Source: a bacterium
Lineage (GTDB): Bacteria; UBA8248
Direction: 5' to 3'
Assembly: GCA_965207065.1 (NCBI GenBank)
Contig: OZ242260.1
Location: forward strand, 2,304,001 to 2,368,000
Length of the DNA stretch: 64,000 bases
A program made the translations under genes and the position numbers. Below, piece by piece: positions 39,553 through 49,680 of this stretch (positions are counted from its first letter, which is position 1; every line of letters begins with the position of its first letter). Under the pieces are notes generated by a model. The model ran no database searches, had not been told where the DNA came from, and was given only the letters and a program-made list of their open reading frames with translations.

Positions 39553-39849
39553 GTGATGAACGATCAGGCGAAACACGCGATTCCCGCACGTCTGGACGAT
39601 CCCGAGAGGTGGCTGTTCTGGACGCTCGACGAGGCGGCGGCGCTCCTGGCGCCCGCGGTGCTGGGTCTGGCGGCGAACGCCTTCGTTACGGGTTTGATCG
39701 CGGGACTCGGCGGCTGGGCGCTTCTTCGCCGCGCGAAGCGGGGCGGCGGGGCGGATACGGCGCTGTGCGCCCTTTACTGGTTCCTGCCCGGCTTTGCGCT
39801 CGGGCTCAAGGCCGCGCCGCCGAGCCACCTGCGCCGCTTCACCGGATGA
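39553..39849 (+). CDS. traL: F-type pilus assembly protein TraL
   Basis: IPARLDDPERWLFWTLDE ... LYWFLP. Confidence 0.9.
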   Translation: MMNDQAKHAIPARLDDPERWLFWTLDEAAALLAPAVLGLAANAFVTGLIAGLGGWALLRRAKRGGGADTALCALYWFLPGFALGLKAAPPSHLRRFTG

Positions 39850-39859
39850 GGAGGTTTTC

Positions 39860-40417
39860 ATGAAACGCGACCTGCTGGAAGCAGAGCGACGTCGCGTCAG
39901 GGACGGCCGCGCCGCGCTGGCCGTGCTTCTCGGCCTCTCGCTCCTGGCCAACCTGGCGCTCGGCATCGGCCTCGCCTCGGTCGAGCGGACGACGGTGCTC
40001 GTGCCCGCCGTGGCGGGGCCGGCGTGGGAGGTAGGCGGCGGACGGGCGGGCGCGCGGTATCTCGAAGATGTGGGCCGCACCGTCGCCGTGACGCTCCTGA
40101 CCCTCACGCCCGAGAACGCAGGCCTCGTCCGTGAAACCGTGGCGCGGATGAGCCACCCTTCCGCGCGCGGCGCGATAGGCGCATGGGTGGCGGCGGAAGC
40201 GGGACGTATGAAGGGACGCGACCTATCGACGGCGTTCTACCCCGGAAGGGTCGAGGCGGACCCTGCGGGACTGACCGTCCTCGTGAGCGGGGAGCTCGCG
40301 ACCTGGATGGGAAGGGAACGCATATCGCGAGAGCGAAAGCGCTACCGGCTCTCCTTCCGCGTGGACGCGGGACGGATCGGCCTGCTCCGTTTCGAAGAGA
40401 TGGAGGATACGAAGTGA
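39860..40417 (+). CDS. traE: F-type pilus assembly protein TraE
   Basis: N-terminal TM, TTVLVP, YLED, LTLTPEN, STAFYP; synteny. Confidence 0.85.
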   Translation: MKRDLLEAERRRVRDGRAALAVLLGLSLLANLALGIGLASVERTTVLVPAVAGPAWEVGGGRAGARYLEDVGRTVAVTLLTLTPENAGLVRETVARMSHPSARGAIGAWVAAEAGRMKGRDLSTAFYPGRVEADPAGLTVLVSGELATWMGRERISRERKRYRLSFRVDAGRIGLLRFEEMEDTK

Positions 40418-41154
40418 AACGAACATCAATCATACGAATGACCCTGCCCGTACTGCTTATGCTCGCGGCATACCTTTTTGGACCGCTCCCGGCATCCGCG
40501 ATGCAGATACTCGAAGCCGCGGACCATGCCGAGCTCGAAGCGGTGGTTTCTGACCGAGCGGTGAGCCGGATCACGCTGGCGGGTGACCGGGTCGCGCGCG
40601 TGGTGCGTGGAGCGGAAGGCTTCGCGGTGGAGCACGACAAGGCGCGCGGGGACCTCTATCTCAGGCCTCTTAAGCGCGCAAGCGCAGACCCCGGGCAAGT
40701 GACGCTCTTCATCGGGACGGCGAAGGGTTTCACCTACAAACTCTCGCTCAGGACGGCCGCGCGGGATTCAGCGCAGATACTGATCCGAAACGCCGCCGCG
40801 ACCCCGCTGACGGAAGGCCCGGTAGTGGGAGATGGCCGCGTGGGCGCGCTCGTGGCGCTCGTGCGCGCCGTGGCGCGGCGCGAGGTTCCGCCCGGCTACG
40901 TGGTCGAGACGCCGCATGAATCACTGCGGCGGGACGGGCTTGCGCTGCTGGCAATCTGGCGCGGGCGGCGCTTCACGGCGCGCGTATACGAGGCGGATCC
41001 GAGTCCGGGGGATGACCCCGTAACCCTCGTGCAAGGCATGGCGCCCGGCGTCGCCGCCCTGTGGCGGGCTTCGCACGAAAGCGGCCCTTCGGGCGGACGG
41101 CTCGTCGTGGCGGTCCATGAAACCTACACGACGGAGGCGCGCGATGAGCGATAA
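40414..41154 (+). CDS. traK: F-type secretin-like TraK
   Basis: Signal peptide, SRITLAGDRV, GDLYLRP, TLFIGTAKGFTYKL; synteny. Confidence 0.85.
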   Translation: MKRTSIIRMTLPVLLMLAAYLFGPLPASAMQILEAADHAELEAVVSDRAVSRITLAGDRVARVVRGAEGFAVEHDKARGDLYLRPLKRASADPGQVTLFIGTAKGFTYKLSLRTAARDSAQILIRNAAATPLTEGPVVGDGRVGALVALVRAVARREVPPGYVVETPHESLRRDGLALLAIWRGRRFTARVYEADPSPGDDPVTLVQGMAPGVAALWRASHESGPSGGRLVVAVHETYTTEARDER

Positions 41155-42361
41155 GGAGAAGACACGGGTGGACCCGGAGAGCCGGAAGAACAGGAACCGG
41201 CAGCTTCTCCTGTTCTCGGTTCTTGTCGCGGTGGTCCTGTTCGCCCTCGCGCTTTGGCTCTCGGCGGGTGGGGGCGGCGCGCCTGCGCGGCTCCAGGGCG
41301 GCGTCCGCGCGGAACTCGCGGGCGCAAAGTCTGCGGAGACGGTCTGGATCAGGCGCTCCGAGTCCCGGATCGGGCAGATGGAGGCGCAGCTCAGGGACCT
41401 CGATACGAAGAACAAACGCATCGACGCGGAGAACGCGCGTCTTCGCGAGCGCCTCGTGAAGGACGCCGCGGACGGACGGCTGGTGATCGACCGACAGGCG
41501 GCTGCGATCGACCAGCTGCGCAGGAAGCTGGAAGCGCGGCCCATAGCGCCCCCTCAGGCCAAACAACCCGCCCGGGGCGCCGGAATGAAACGTCCCGCTC
41601 GGGGCGGAAAGACTCCCCCGATCCAGTCTGCGCCCATGATCCTCGAATTCGAAAAACCATCAAAGGGAGGTTCCGCTGCAGGCGCCCGGCCGCTTTCCTG
41701 GTGGCTGCCGGCGGGCGCCTATGCCGAGGCAATCGTGCTCGCGGGGGTTGACGCCTCGGTGGGCGTCTCCTCACAGGGCGACCCCCGGCCCGTGCTGCTG
41801 AGGCTCACGGGCAAGGCGCGGAGCGCGGCGGCGGAAGGCAAAGCGCTGGAGGCCGACGTCACGGGTTGTACGCTCACGGGAGCGGCCTACGGTGATCTGT
41901 CGTCCGAGAAAGTCTACGTGCGGCTTCGCACCATGACCTGCTCAGGGCCCGGTCCGGACACCGTGATCGAGACGAGAGTGACGGGCTTCGTGGCGGGGGG
42001 CGGCAAGGCGGGCGTACGGGGACCCGTGGTGAGCCGGGAGGGGGCGCTGGTCGAGAAGGCGTTCCTGGCCGGCCTGGTATCGGGCGCGGGCGAGACGGCG
42101 GCCAACATGCTCCAGGCGCCTTCCGGGACGGCGGGGGTCGAGAACGCGGCGAGTTTGAGCGATCTGGGACGCGCGGGCCTGGGGGCGGGCGCCGGGTCGG
42201 CCGGCCGCAAGGTGGCGGACTACCTGATCAGGCGCGCCGAGCAGTACCAGCCGGTGATCCAGCTGCAGACGGGAACGCGCGTCACGGTGGTGTTCATCGA
42301 GGGCGCGCACATCGACGGGCAGGACAACGCGAGAACCACAAACCGGAGGAGCAACAAATGA
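41144..42361 (+). CDS. traB: TraB (VirB10-like)
   Basis: TM plus coiled coil; LPAGAYAEA, GDLSSEKVYVR, DYLIRRAEQYQPVI. Confidence 0.9.
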   Translation: MSDKEKTRVDPESRKNRNRQLLLFSVLVAVVLFALALWLSAGGGGAPARLQGGVRAELAGAKSAETVWIRRSESRIGQMEAQLRDLDTKNKRIDAENARLRERLVKDAADGRLVIDRQAAAIDQLRRKLEARPIAPPQAKQPARGAGMKRPARGGKTPPIQSAPMILEFEKPSKGGSAAGARPLSWWLPAGAYAEAIVLAGVDASVGVSSQGDPRPVLLRLTGKARSAAAEGKALEADVTGCTLTGAAYGDLSSEKVYVRLRTMTCSGPGPDTVIETRVTGFVAGGGKAGVRGPVVSREGALVEKAFLAGLVSGAGETAANMLQAPSGTAGVENAASLSDLGRAGLGAGAGSAGRKVADYLIRRAEQYQPVIQLQTGTRVTVVFIEGAHIDGQDNARTTNRRSNK

Positions 42362-42843
42362 AAATAATAAAACTTCATATGCGGGCGCTCGCGCCCCTCT
42401 TGCTGGCGGCGCTCCTCACGGGTTGCGCCGGAAGCGGCCACGTGGGCGAGTCCTGGCAGTGCCCCCTCGCGCAGGGAACGGCTTGCGCGAGCGTTTCAGA
42501 GGCGGACCCCGCCGTTCGTGCGCCGGGAGAGGCGCGCCAAACGGAACTCCCCGCTCCCGTTCGCTACGCGGCATCTGCCAGCTCCTCTGTCCTGAGCGGC
42601 TTCATCTCCTGGTTCGCGGAACTGTTCCGTCACGAGGAAGAAGACGCAGGCGCGGCTACGGCGGAGCCGCTGATCGTTCCACAGCCGGCGGAAGAGACTC
42701 CGGCCGAGCCGAATGAAAACCTCCGTACGAAGGAGCGGATCGCCCGGATATGGATAGCGCCCTACGTGGACGCACAGAACAACTATCACGAGGGTTATTG
42801 GGTACGCGCAGTCATAAAGCCCGCGCGCTGGAGGCTGCCGTGA
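42358..42843 (+). CDS. traV: Lipoprotein TraV
   Basis: Lipobox LTGC, WQCPLAQGTACASV, RIWIAPYVD. Confidence 0.88.
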   Translation: MKIIKLHMRALAPLLLAALLTGCAGSGHVGESWQCPLAQGTACASVSEADPAVRAPGEARQTELPAPVRYAASASSSVLSGFISWFAELFRHEEEDAGAATAEPLIVPQPAEETPAEPNENLRTKERIARIWIAPYVDAQNNYHEGYWVRAVIKPARWRLP

Positions 42844-45368
42844 TCGGGCGCTTAAAGGACATGTTCGGCGGCGCCGACGCGCTCGCGCCCCGCGCGCTCC
42901 CGGCCATGCCCGCGCCCCTGGTGGAGCTTCTCCCCTGGCGGGCCTGGGACGAGTCGGGGGAGTTCTACGTGAACGAGGGCGGTCTGGGCTTCGTCCTGGA
43001 AATCCCGCCCTTCGCGGGCGTGGACGAGGGGACGCTGGACGCGCTCGCGGGAACCTTGGCCGATTCCGCGCCCGAGCGCTCGGTGGTTCAGGTGATCCAC
43101 TGGGCGAGCCCGCGCTACGGGGCGGCGCTTGCGGGGTGGGCGGGGCCGAGGGAGACGGCGGGCGGTCTCCTGGCCGTGATGGCGAAGCGCAGGGAAGCGC
43201 TCCTGAGAGGCGCCGGCTGGCGTCCGCTCCACGCGGGCGGGCCGCCCTTTACGCTGAACGACTGCCGGGTATTCCTCGCGGCGAGCCTGCCGGGAAGGCC
43301 GGGGCCCGCGTCAGAGACCGCGCTCGGCGGCTTTCGGCGCGCACTCGAGGGCGCGCTGGCCTCGATCGGGACGTGGGCGCGGCGGACGGAGCCGGACGAA
43401 TTGTTGTCACTCGCCGCGGAACTGACGGCGCCCGAGGTCGAGGGCGCGCACGACGGGGGCCTCATGCGGCCCGAGAGGCGCTGGTCGCCGCGCGACCCGC
43501 TCCATCTGCAATGCGCCGCCCCCGGACGGGCGATGAGCGTCGCGCCTGCGGGCCTCCTCTTCCACCATCCGGATGGCGCCGACGTCGGCGTGCGCGTCCT
43601 CACGGCGCGCGCCTACCCCGAGGTATGGCCCGGCTGGCGGGGAAACGCCCTGATCGGTGATTTCTATCGCGACTTCTTACAACCCGGCGCGCCGGTACTG
43701 ACCGCGCTCACCGTGATGATGGGCGAGGCGGCGGACGGTGAGCGAGCGTTCCTGAAGTCCGCCCGCGCGACGCAGCAGGCCGGAACGGGAATCGCGCGCT
43801 ACCTGCCGGGACTGCCAGAGAAGGCGCGCGACTGGCGTTTCGTGACCGAACGTCTCAAGGAAGGCGAGCGCCTGGTACGTGCCTGTTACGCCATCTGCGT
43901 CTACGCGACACCGGAAGCGATGGATGAGGCTGAACAGGCGGTGCGCGCCATCTACCACGGACAGGGCTGGCGGCTGGGGGCGGAGCGCTACGCCCACCTC
44001 CCCGCCTGGCTCTCCTGCCTGCCCATGACGCCTGCCGGCGGACTCGACGCCGACCTCGCGCGCCTCGGCCGGATGAAGACGCTGCTCACTTCTTCGGTCG
44101 TCAATCTCGCGCCCGTGCACGGGGAGTGGCGCGGCCAGCGGCCGAATCCCGACGCTCCGCCCGCTCTCTTGCTCGTGGGAAGACGCGGCCAGCCCGCCCC
44201 CTGGTCCCCGTTCGCGAACGAGGCGGGAAACTACAACGTGGCCGTGACCGGGAAGTCGGGTTCGGGAAAATCCGTCCTGATGCAGGAACTCGTCGCAGGC
44301 ATCGCCGGCGCGGGAGGCGAGGCCGTCGTCATCGACGACGGGCGATCCTTCCAGCATACGGCCGAGGCGCTCGGCGGCGCCTTCATCGCCTTCGGCAAGG
44401 ACCCGGCGCGGCTGAACCCCTTCGCCATGATCGATAAGGAGACCGCGGCGCGCGACGGCGACTACCGGGAGGAGTGCTTCGCCATGCTGGCCTCGGTGGT
44501 CGGCCGGATGTGCCGGAGGCGCGGTCGGATCGACGACGTGGAAGCGGCTCTGATCGACGAGGCCATCGCACGCGCCTGGGAGGAGGCCGGAAACGATGCG
44601 GATTTAGGGTTAGTGCAGAAAAATCTCGAATCCGCAGGGGACAGGCGAGCGGCCGATATGGCGCTGGCGCTCGGTCCCTGGCGGCCGGGCGGCGCGATGG
44701 GGAGGCTCTTCGAGGGAGGCGGTACGCCCGCGCTCGACGCCGCGCTCACCGTGTTCGAACTCGCGGAGCTCAAGGGGCGCGGCGACCTTCAGGGCGTGGT
44801 CCTCATGCTCGTGGTGTTTCTCGCGACGCAGCGGATGTACCACGGGCCGAGGACGCGGCCCAAGGCCATCGTGATCGACGAGGCCTGGGATTTGCTCTCG
44901 GGCGAGGACAGCAAGGCGTTCCTCGAAGGCGCCGCAAGACGCGCTCGCAAATACCGGGGCGCGCTCGTGACGGGCACGCAGAGCGTGAACGACTACTACG
45001 CGAACCCCGCGGCCCGCGCGGCCTGGGACAACTCCGACTGGGTGATTTTTCTCGCGCAGAAGGACGAATCGGTCGAACTTTTAAAGCAGGAAAAACGCAT
45101 CCACTGCGACCCGGGGATGGAACGCGCGCTCAAGAGCCTGGCCACGGTGGACGGGCGCCATGCCGAACTCGTGCTCCACGGCCCCGACGGCTGGCGCGTC
45201 GCGCGGCTCGTGCTCGACCGGGTGTCGGGCGCGCTCTACTCCTCGCGTGGACCCGCCTTCGCAGCGATCGAGAGACTGAAAAGTGAAGGCCTCACGACGG
45301 AAGAAGCCGTACTGCGAATCGCGGATGAGGGTCTCCCGGAGGAGACGTCAGTTGAGGGCGCGCAATGA
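42840..45368 (+). CDS. traC: TraC (VirB4-like ATPase)
   Basis: NYNVAVTGKSGSGKS, IDDGRSF, IDEAWDLL, RRARKY. Confidence 0.93.
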   Translation: MIGRLKDMFGGADALAPRALPAMPAPLVELLPWRAWDESGEFYVNEGGLGFVLEIPPFAGVDEGTLDALAGTLADSAPERSVVQVIHWASPRYGAALAGWAGPRETAGGLLAVMAKRREALLRGAGWRPLHAGGPPFTLNDCRVFLAASLPGRPGPASETALGGFRRALEGALASIGTWARRTEPDELLSLAAELTAPEVEGAHDGGLMRPERRWSPRDPLHLQCAAPGRAMSVAPAGLLFHHPDGADVGVRVLTARAYPEVWPGWRGNALIGDFYRDFLQPGAPVLTALTVMMGEAADGERAFLKSARATQQAGTGIARYLPGLPEKARDWRFVTERLKEGERLVRACYAICVYATPEAMDEAEQAVRAIYHGQGWRLGAERYAHLPAWLSCLPMTPAGGLDADLARLGRMKTLLTSSVVNLAPVHGEWRGQRPNPDAPPALLLVGRRGQPAPWSPFANEAGNYNVAVTGKSGSGKSVLMQELVAGIAGAGGEAVVIDDGRSFQHTAEALGGAFIAFGKDPARLNPFAMIDKETAARDGDYREECFAMLASVVGRMCRRRGRIDDVEAALIDEAIARAWEEAGNDADLGLVQKNLESAGDRRAADMALALGPWRPGGAMGRLFEGGGTPALDAALTVFELAELKGRGDLQGVVLMLVVFLATQRMYHGPRTRPKAIVIDEAWDLLSGEDSKAFLEGAARRARKYRGALVTGTQSVNDYYANPAARAAWDNSDWVIFLAQKDESVELLKQEKRIHCDPGMERALKSLATVDGRHAELVLHGPDGWRVARLVLDRVSGALYSSRGPAFAAIERLKSEGLTTEEAVLRIADEGLPEETSVEGAQ

Positions 45369-45414
45369 GTCATCCATCGCAAGATTATCAGTATGAACAC
45401 GAAAAGGAGATCAC

Positions 45415-46143
45415 ATGAACGCGAAACGACGTGCGCAAACAAGCGCCGCAGAGGAGAGAACCCTCGCCTGGCCGGGGGACCCCGAACTGCTTGCGGCCGA
45501 CTCGGTCGACTTCGAGGCCCTGGCCCACGTGCTCGCCAACACCTGCAGAAGGGAGGGACGGGTGAGGCGCTATCACTCGATCGCGGCGCACGGGATCGCG
45601 ATGAGCGAGGCGATAGAGGACCTGGCCGCCACTGCGGGAGGCGACGTGAGGGAGGCGGCGCTCCTGGCCCTGCTTCATGAGGCCGCCGTCGCCTGGTTGG
45701 GGTCCGGCGGCGCCCCCTCGCGTCGCTCGACGCCGCGGCTGAGACGGCTCGGTGAAAAAACGGACCGCGCGGTGCGCGAGGCGGCCGGACTCGGTGCAAA
45801 GCCGGCTTCAGGGCCTGCGGAACTCGTTCGCTTCGTGGCCCGGATGGCCGATGCGGCCGAGGCGCGCGACGTACCGGGAGCGGGTGCGAATGCATCCCCG
45901 CTCCTCACCTTCCCGCCGATTGAGAGAAGGATCAGGTCCCTTGGTCCGGAGCGCGCGGCGAGACTATGGCTCGAGCGCCTGAATGTGCTCAGGGAAAAGC
46001 CCGGCGCGGCTGCAAGCATTTCCGCTCCCTATCCCGGGGTATCCGGCAATAACCGTGAGGAGGAAGTACATGCCACGCAAGCGCAAACGCCGAAAGAGAA
46101 AGATGGGACGCCCCGGGCGGGAGGTTCGCGCGATGCGGCCTGA
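45415..46143 (+). CDS. Degenerate HD-superfamily (YfdR-like) protein
   Basis: LAHVLANTCR..G...YHSIAAH ... ALLHEAAVAWLG resembles YfdR-type motifs, but HD is replaced by HE. Confidence 0.55.
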   Translation: MNAKRRAQTSAAEERTLAWPGDPELLAADSVDFEALAHVLANTCRREGRVRRYHSIAAHGIAMSEAIEDLAATAGGDVREAALLALLHEAAVAWLGSGGAPSRRSTPRLRRLGEKTDRAVREAAGLGAKPASGPAELVRFVARMADAAEARDVPGAGANASPLLTFPPIERRIRSLGPERAARLWLERLNVLREKPGAAASISAPYPGVSGNNREEEVHATQAQTPKEKDGTPRAGGSRDAA

Positions 46144-46381
46144 TCGCAGGCAGCACTCGGAGCCTGAGCGCTTCATCCGGGTCTATGAGGACACCGACAA
46201 CGTGTTCCGCGCCGCGATCGCTTCGGGCGTGCTCTCGGCCGACGCAGGTGAGCGCCTCTACGCGGGCCGGTTCCACTACATGTTCCATGACGAGGAGGGA
46301 ACGGCGTGGTTCAGGCGTCATGACGCCGCGGAGTGGGTCGAGATGGATGATGCGCTTTGCGCGGCTGGGGACCGGCCATGA
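46070..46381 (+). CDS. Hypothetical protein with basic N-terminus
   Basis: RBS GAGGAGG; MPRKRKRRKRKMGR...; ATGA overlap with trbI. Confidence 0.55.
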   Translation: MPRKRKRRKRKMGRPGREVRAMRPDRRQHSEPERFIRVYEDTDNVFRAAIASGVLSADAGERLYAGRFHYMFHDEEGTAWFRRHDAAEWVEMDDALCAAGDRP

Positions 46382-46764
46382 ACGGGGTTTCCGGGTTCGC
46401 GGCCGCTCTCCTGCTCGCGGCTGGCGTCGCCGCCGCCGTCTCGGCCGGGACAGTGAGGTTTGCCCCCGGAAAACCCCATCGTATCGCGAGCGTTCGTCTG
46501 TCGAGCCTCACGGCGGACTACGTGACGAGGTCGCTGCGCGAGGGCGGGGATTCGGAGAAGGCCCTGGCCGCCGCCCGCGAGTGGGGAGCAAGACTGGAGA
46601 GGGCGCTCGCGAAAGTGGCGGCACGGCGTGGCGTCGTGCTGCTCACCGCGGGCGCCGTCGCCGCGGGCGCGGAGGATTTGACGACCGAGGTCGAGGCGGC
46701 GATGGCGGAACTCGCGTCGAGGACATCACCGAACAGGGAGAAGAATAATGCTGATGATCGATGA
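46378..46764 (+). CDS. trbI: TrbI (F-type)
   Basis: N-terminal TM; VVLLTAGAVAAGAEDLT; position. Confidence 0.75.
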   Translation: MNGVSGFAAALLLAAGVAAAVSAGTVRFAPGKPHRIASVRLSSLTADYVTRSLREGGDSEKALAAAREWGARLERALAKVAARRGVVLLTAGAVAAGAEDLTTEVEAAMAELASRTSPNREKNNADDR

Positions 46765-47302
46765 TGCCGTGAAGGGCCGTACCAACCCCCGGGGCTTCAG
46801 GCTGCTCGTCTGTATGGCCGTCCTCTCGGGCCTGTGGCTCGCGGCGGCCTCGCGCGTCCACGTGAACGCGAGCACCTCCGACGGCGCATGGGGATACTTC
46901 GCGCTGCCGCTGATCGGATCGCCAAAGCGCGGCGACCTCGTCCTCTTCGACCCGCCCGAAGCCGCCGGCTCGCCGATTCCGTATCTGAAACGCGTCATCG
47001 GCCTGCCGGGCGAGCGCGTGGAGGTGGATGATGAATGGCGCGTCAGCGTGAACGGCGTTTTATCGGGAGTCGCAAAGCGGCGCGCGCTTGACGGCCGTCC
47101 GCTTGCCGCAATCGAACCGGGAGTCATCCCGCCGGGCCACTACTACGTGCATGCGGAGCACAAGGACAGTCACGACAGCAGGTACCGCGAGATCGGCCTC
47201 GTGCCGATCGAGCGAATCCGGGCCCGCGCGCTTTCGCTGCCCGATCTTCCCTGGCTGGGACTCGAAGGCCCCCTTGCGAAGCCGGAGGAGGCGCGGCCAT
47301 GA
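46748..47302 (+). CDS. S26-family pilin-processing signal peptidase (TrhF-like)
   Basis: VNASTS, RGDLVLF, YLKRVIGLPGE, DSHDSRY..IGLV. Confidence 0.85.
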   Translation: MLMIDDAVKGRTNPRGFRLLVCMAVLSGLWLAAASRVHVNASTSDGAWGYFALPLIGSPKRGDLVLFDPPEAAGSPIPYLKRVIGLPGERVEVDDEWRVSVNGVLSGVAKRRALDGRPLAAIEPGVIPPGHYYVHAEHKDSHDSRYREIGLVPIERIRARALSLPDLPWLGLEGPLAKPEEARP

Positions 47303-47958
47303 AGCGGCATTCATTCATCTCAATCCTTATCGTGGCCATGATCATCCTCATGGCGGGATTCGCTGCGTCGAAGGATCTGGGCGTTCGCGGTGCCGTATGG
47401 CCGGTCGAGGAACCCGACCTACTCAGGCAAATCGAGGAAAAACTCGAGTCAATGAAGGCTTCGGGCGAACTCGCGCGCATGAGGCGCGAGGCGGTGGAAC
47501 GCGCCCGTGAGCGGATCGAGGCGCCTCCCCGCGTCGCCGGCATCAAGCCTGCGAGTGAACGCAGGAGCCGGCTTTTCGATCCATCGGTCACGCTTATGCG
47601 CGACGCATGGACGGCGGAGGGGCATCTGATCGCGGCCCGGGGGACGCGAATCAATCCCATCGAAAAACACCCCCTGACCCGCGAGCTCCTGTTTATCGAC
47701 GGTACGCGCCCGGTCGAGGTCGACTGGGCGATTGCCCGTAAAAAACCCTCGGTCATCGTTTTGCTCGCGGGCCGTCCGCTGGAGTTGATGAGAGCGCACG
47801 GGCGGGCGTTTTTCTTCGACCAGGGCGGGCGGCTCGCGAGGCGGTTCAGGCTGCGCGTTACACCCTCACTGATCAATGTCGAGGGACTGTTCTTGCGGAT
47901 CACGGAAGTCCCCCTGGAAGACGAAGAGAACGCCAGGAGCGAAGGAGATCGCCCATGA
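47299..47958 (+). CDS. traW: TraW
   Basis: DLGVRGAVWPVEEPDLL, FDPS, GTRINP, LLFIDG, FFFDQGG. Confidence 0.92.
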   Translation: MKRHSFISILIVAMIILMAGFAASKDLGVRGAVWPVEEPDLLRQIEEKLESMKASGELARMRREAVERARERIEAPPRVAGIKPASERRSRLFDPSVTLMRDAWTAEGHLIAARGTRINPIEKHPLTRELLFIDGTRPVEVDWAIARKKPSVIVLLAGRPLELMRAHGRAFFFDQGGRLARRFRLRVTPSLINVEGLFLRITEVPLEDEENARSEGDRP

Positions 47959-48956
47959 GGCGCCTGATTATTTTCACTCCAATCATTTTTCTCTCCTGCA
48001 TTCTCTCGACACAGAGTGTCTCTGCACAGTCCTGCTCGGGTCGTTTCGTGAACCCCGTGACGGACGTGTGCTGGGAGTGCCTGTTTCCGATATCGATAGG
48101 GCCGATCCGTATCGGGAGCGCGGCGGGAGCGCCGGACACGCCCAACCCGGGCTCCCCGATCTGCTTCTGCGGGAGCCCCATCCCACGGATCGGCCTCTCG
48201 CTGGGCGTCTGGGAGCCCGCGCGTCTGATCGACGCGAGCCGCGCGCCCTGGTGTTTCCCGAACCTGGGGGGCCTCACCATCGACGGTGGACTCCCCGCCG
48301 GACGCGGACGCACGGGCGCATCGGGCGGGGATGGCGCTCAGGGCTCCACCTGGCACGTCCACTACTACGTCTATCCGCTGCTCTCCTGGATCGGGGCGTT
48401 GATCGATCTCGGCTGTCTCGAAGGCGGCGGTTTCGACATCGCCTGGGTCTCCGAACTCGATCCGACCTGGCGCGATGATGAGCTCTCGTTTCTGCTGAAC
48501 CCCGAAGCCGCTCTCTTCGCGGACCTCCCCGCCCAGGCGGCGTGCGCGGCGGACTGCGCGGCGGCGTCTGCGGGACTCCCGCTCGATCCCTTGTACTGGT
48601 GCGCGGGCTGTCAGGGTTCAATGTACCCCCTGACCGGGAACGTGGGCGCCCACGTGGGCGGCGTGCAGGCCTCGCTGCTCGCCGCGCAACGTCTCGTCTT
48701 CCGCCTGCACCGCATGCTTCTCGCCTGGGGAACGTCGGGCTCGGCCGCGCTGTGCGGCCGCTACCCCATGCCGATCATGAAGAAATCACAGTACCGCTGG
48801 CAGATGACCCAGCCGGTCCCCGCCACCTCGGCGCTCACCGGCTGCAACCCCACGGGCCGCTCCACCGTGCTCTGGGAGTCGCTGCGCGAACTGCCGGTTT
48901 CGGGCGAGAACTTCGGCTATCTCCTCTGGCGCAAGCGCAACTGCTGCCTCCTCTGA
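47955..48956 (+). CDS. traU: TraU
   Basis: NPVTDVCWECLFP, WCAGCQG, YLLWRKRNCC. Confidence 0.93.
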   Translation: MRRLIIFTPIIFLSCILSTQSVSAQSCSGRFVNPVTDVCWECLFPISIGPIRIGSAAGAPDTPNPGSPICFCGSPIPRIGLSLGVWEPARLIDASRAPWCFPNLGGLTIDGGLPAGRGRTGASGGDGAQGSTWHVHYYVYPLLSWIGALIDLGCLEGGGFDIAWVSELDPTWRDDELSFLLNPEAALFADLPAQAACAADCAAASAGLPLDPLYWCAGCQGSMYPLTGNVGAHVGGVQASLLAAQRLVFRLHRMLLAWGTSGSAALCGRYPMPIMKKSQYRWQMTQPVPATSALTGCNPTGRSTVLWESLRELPVSGENFGYLLWRKRNCCLL

Positions 48957-48969
48957 TTGGGTGGATAGG

Positions 48970-49680
48970 ATGAAACGATTCTTGATTCTGCGAAGCGTTG
49001 TTCTCTCATATGCGCTCCTTATCGCGGCGTTGTCCGCTCCGGTTCTCGCGCAGGAAAAAGGTGAAAAAGCGGCGCGCGAGATCGTAGATCACGTTCTGAG
49101 GCAGGGGAAAAAATCCCCACCCGCCAACCTCGGTTCCTGGTCGCGCTCGGTACTGGAGCGTGCCCTCGGTCGCGCGTGGAGCAACGCCCCGGAAACCTCC
49201 CTCCCTCTCCCGGCCGAGGATCAGGCCGACCGCCTGGCGGGCAGGAAATCCGAACCACCAAGAAGTTCCGAGATCATCGTCTTCATGAGTCTGTCCGTCC
49301 CTGGCGCGAGCCTGCGGGAATGGAGCCTGGAGGCGGCGCGGATCGGCGCGCCGCTGGTGGTGCGCGGCGTCGCGCGGGGAGGACTCCGGGCCACGGTGAA
49401 GCGCGTCGGGGCGCATCTCGCGGAAGGCGCAGGCGCCGCGATCAACCCGCGCCTTTTCCGGCTGTTCGAGGTCACCGCCGTGCCCGCCGTCGTCGTCGTC
49501 CCGGGCGGCGTCCCGGCGTGCAAGAGCCGGGGTTGTTCGGCGGACCCCGCACCGCCCCACGATCTTGTCAAGGGGAACATCGGCCTCGACGCCGCGCTTT
49601 CGATCATCGCACTTGAGGGCGGACCGGGCCGCGGGACGGCGCGGCATCATCTCGGGAAGCTCAGGGGAAATCACAAATGA
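48970..49680 (+). CDS. trbC: TrbC (F-type)
   Basis: VFMSLSVP, VVRG, INPRLFRLFEVTAVPAVV, GNIGLDAAL. Confidence 0.88.
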   Translation: MKRFLILRSVVLSYALLIAALSAPVLAQEKGEKAAREIVDHVLRQGKKSPPANLGSWSRSVLERALGRAWSNAPETSLPLPAEDQADRLAGRKSEPPRSSEIIVFMSLSVPGASLREWSLEAARIGAPLVVRGVARGGLRATVKRVGAHLAEGAGAAINPRLFRLFEVTAVPAVVVVPGGVPACKSRGCSADPAPPHDLVKGNIGLDAALSIIALEGGPGRGTARHHLGKLRGNHK

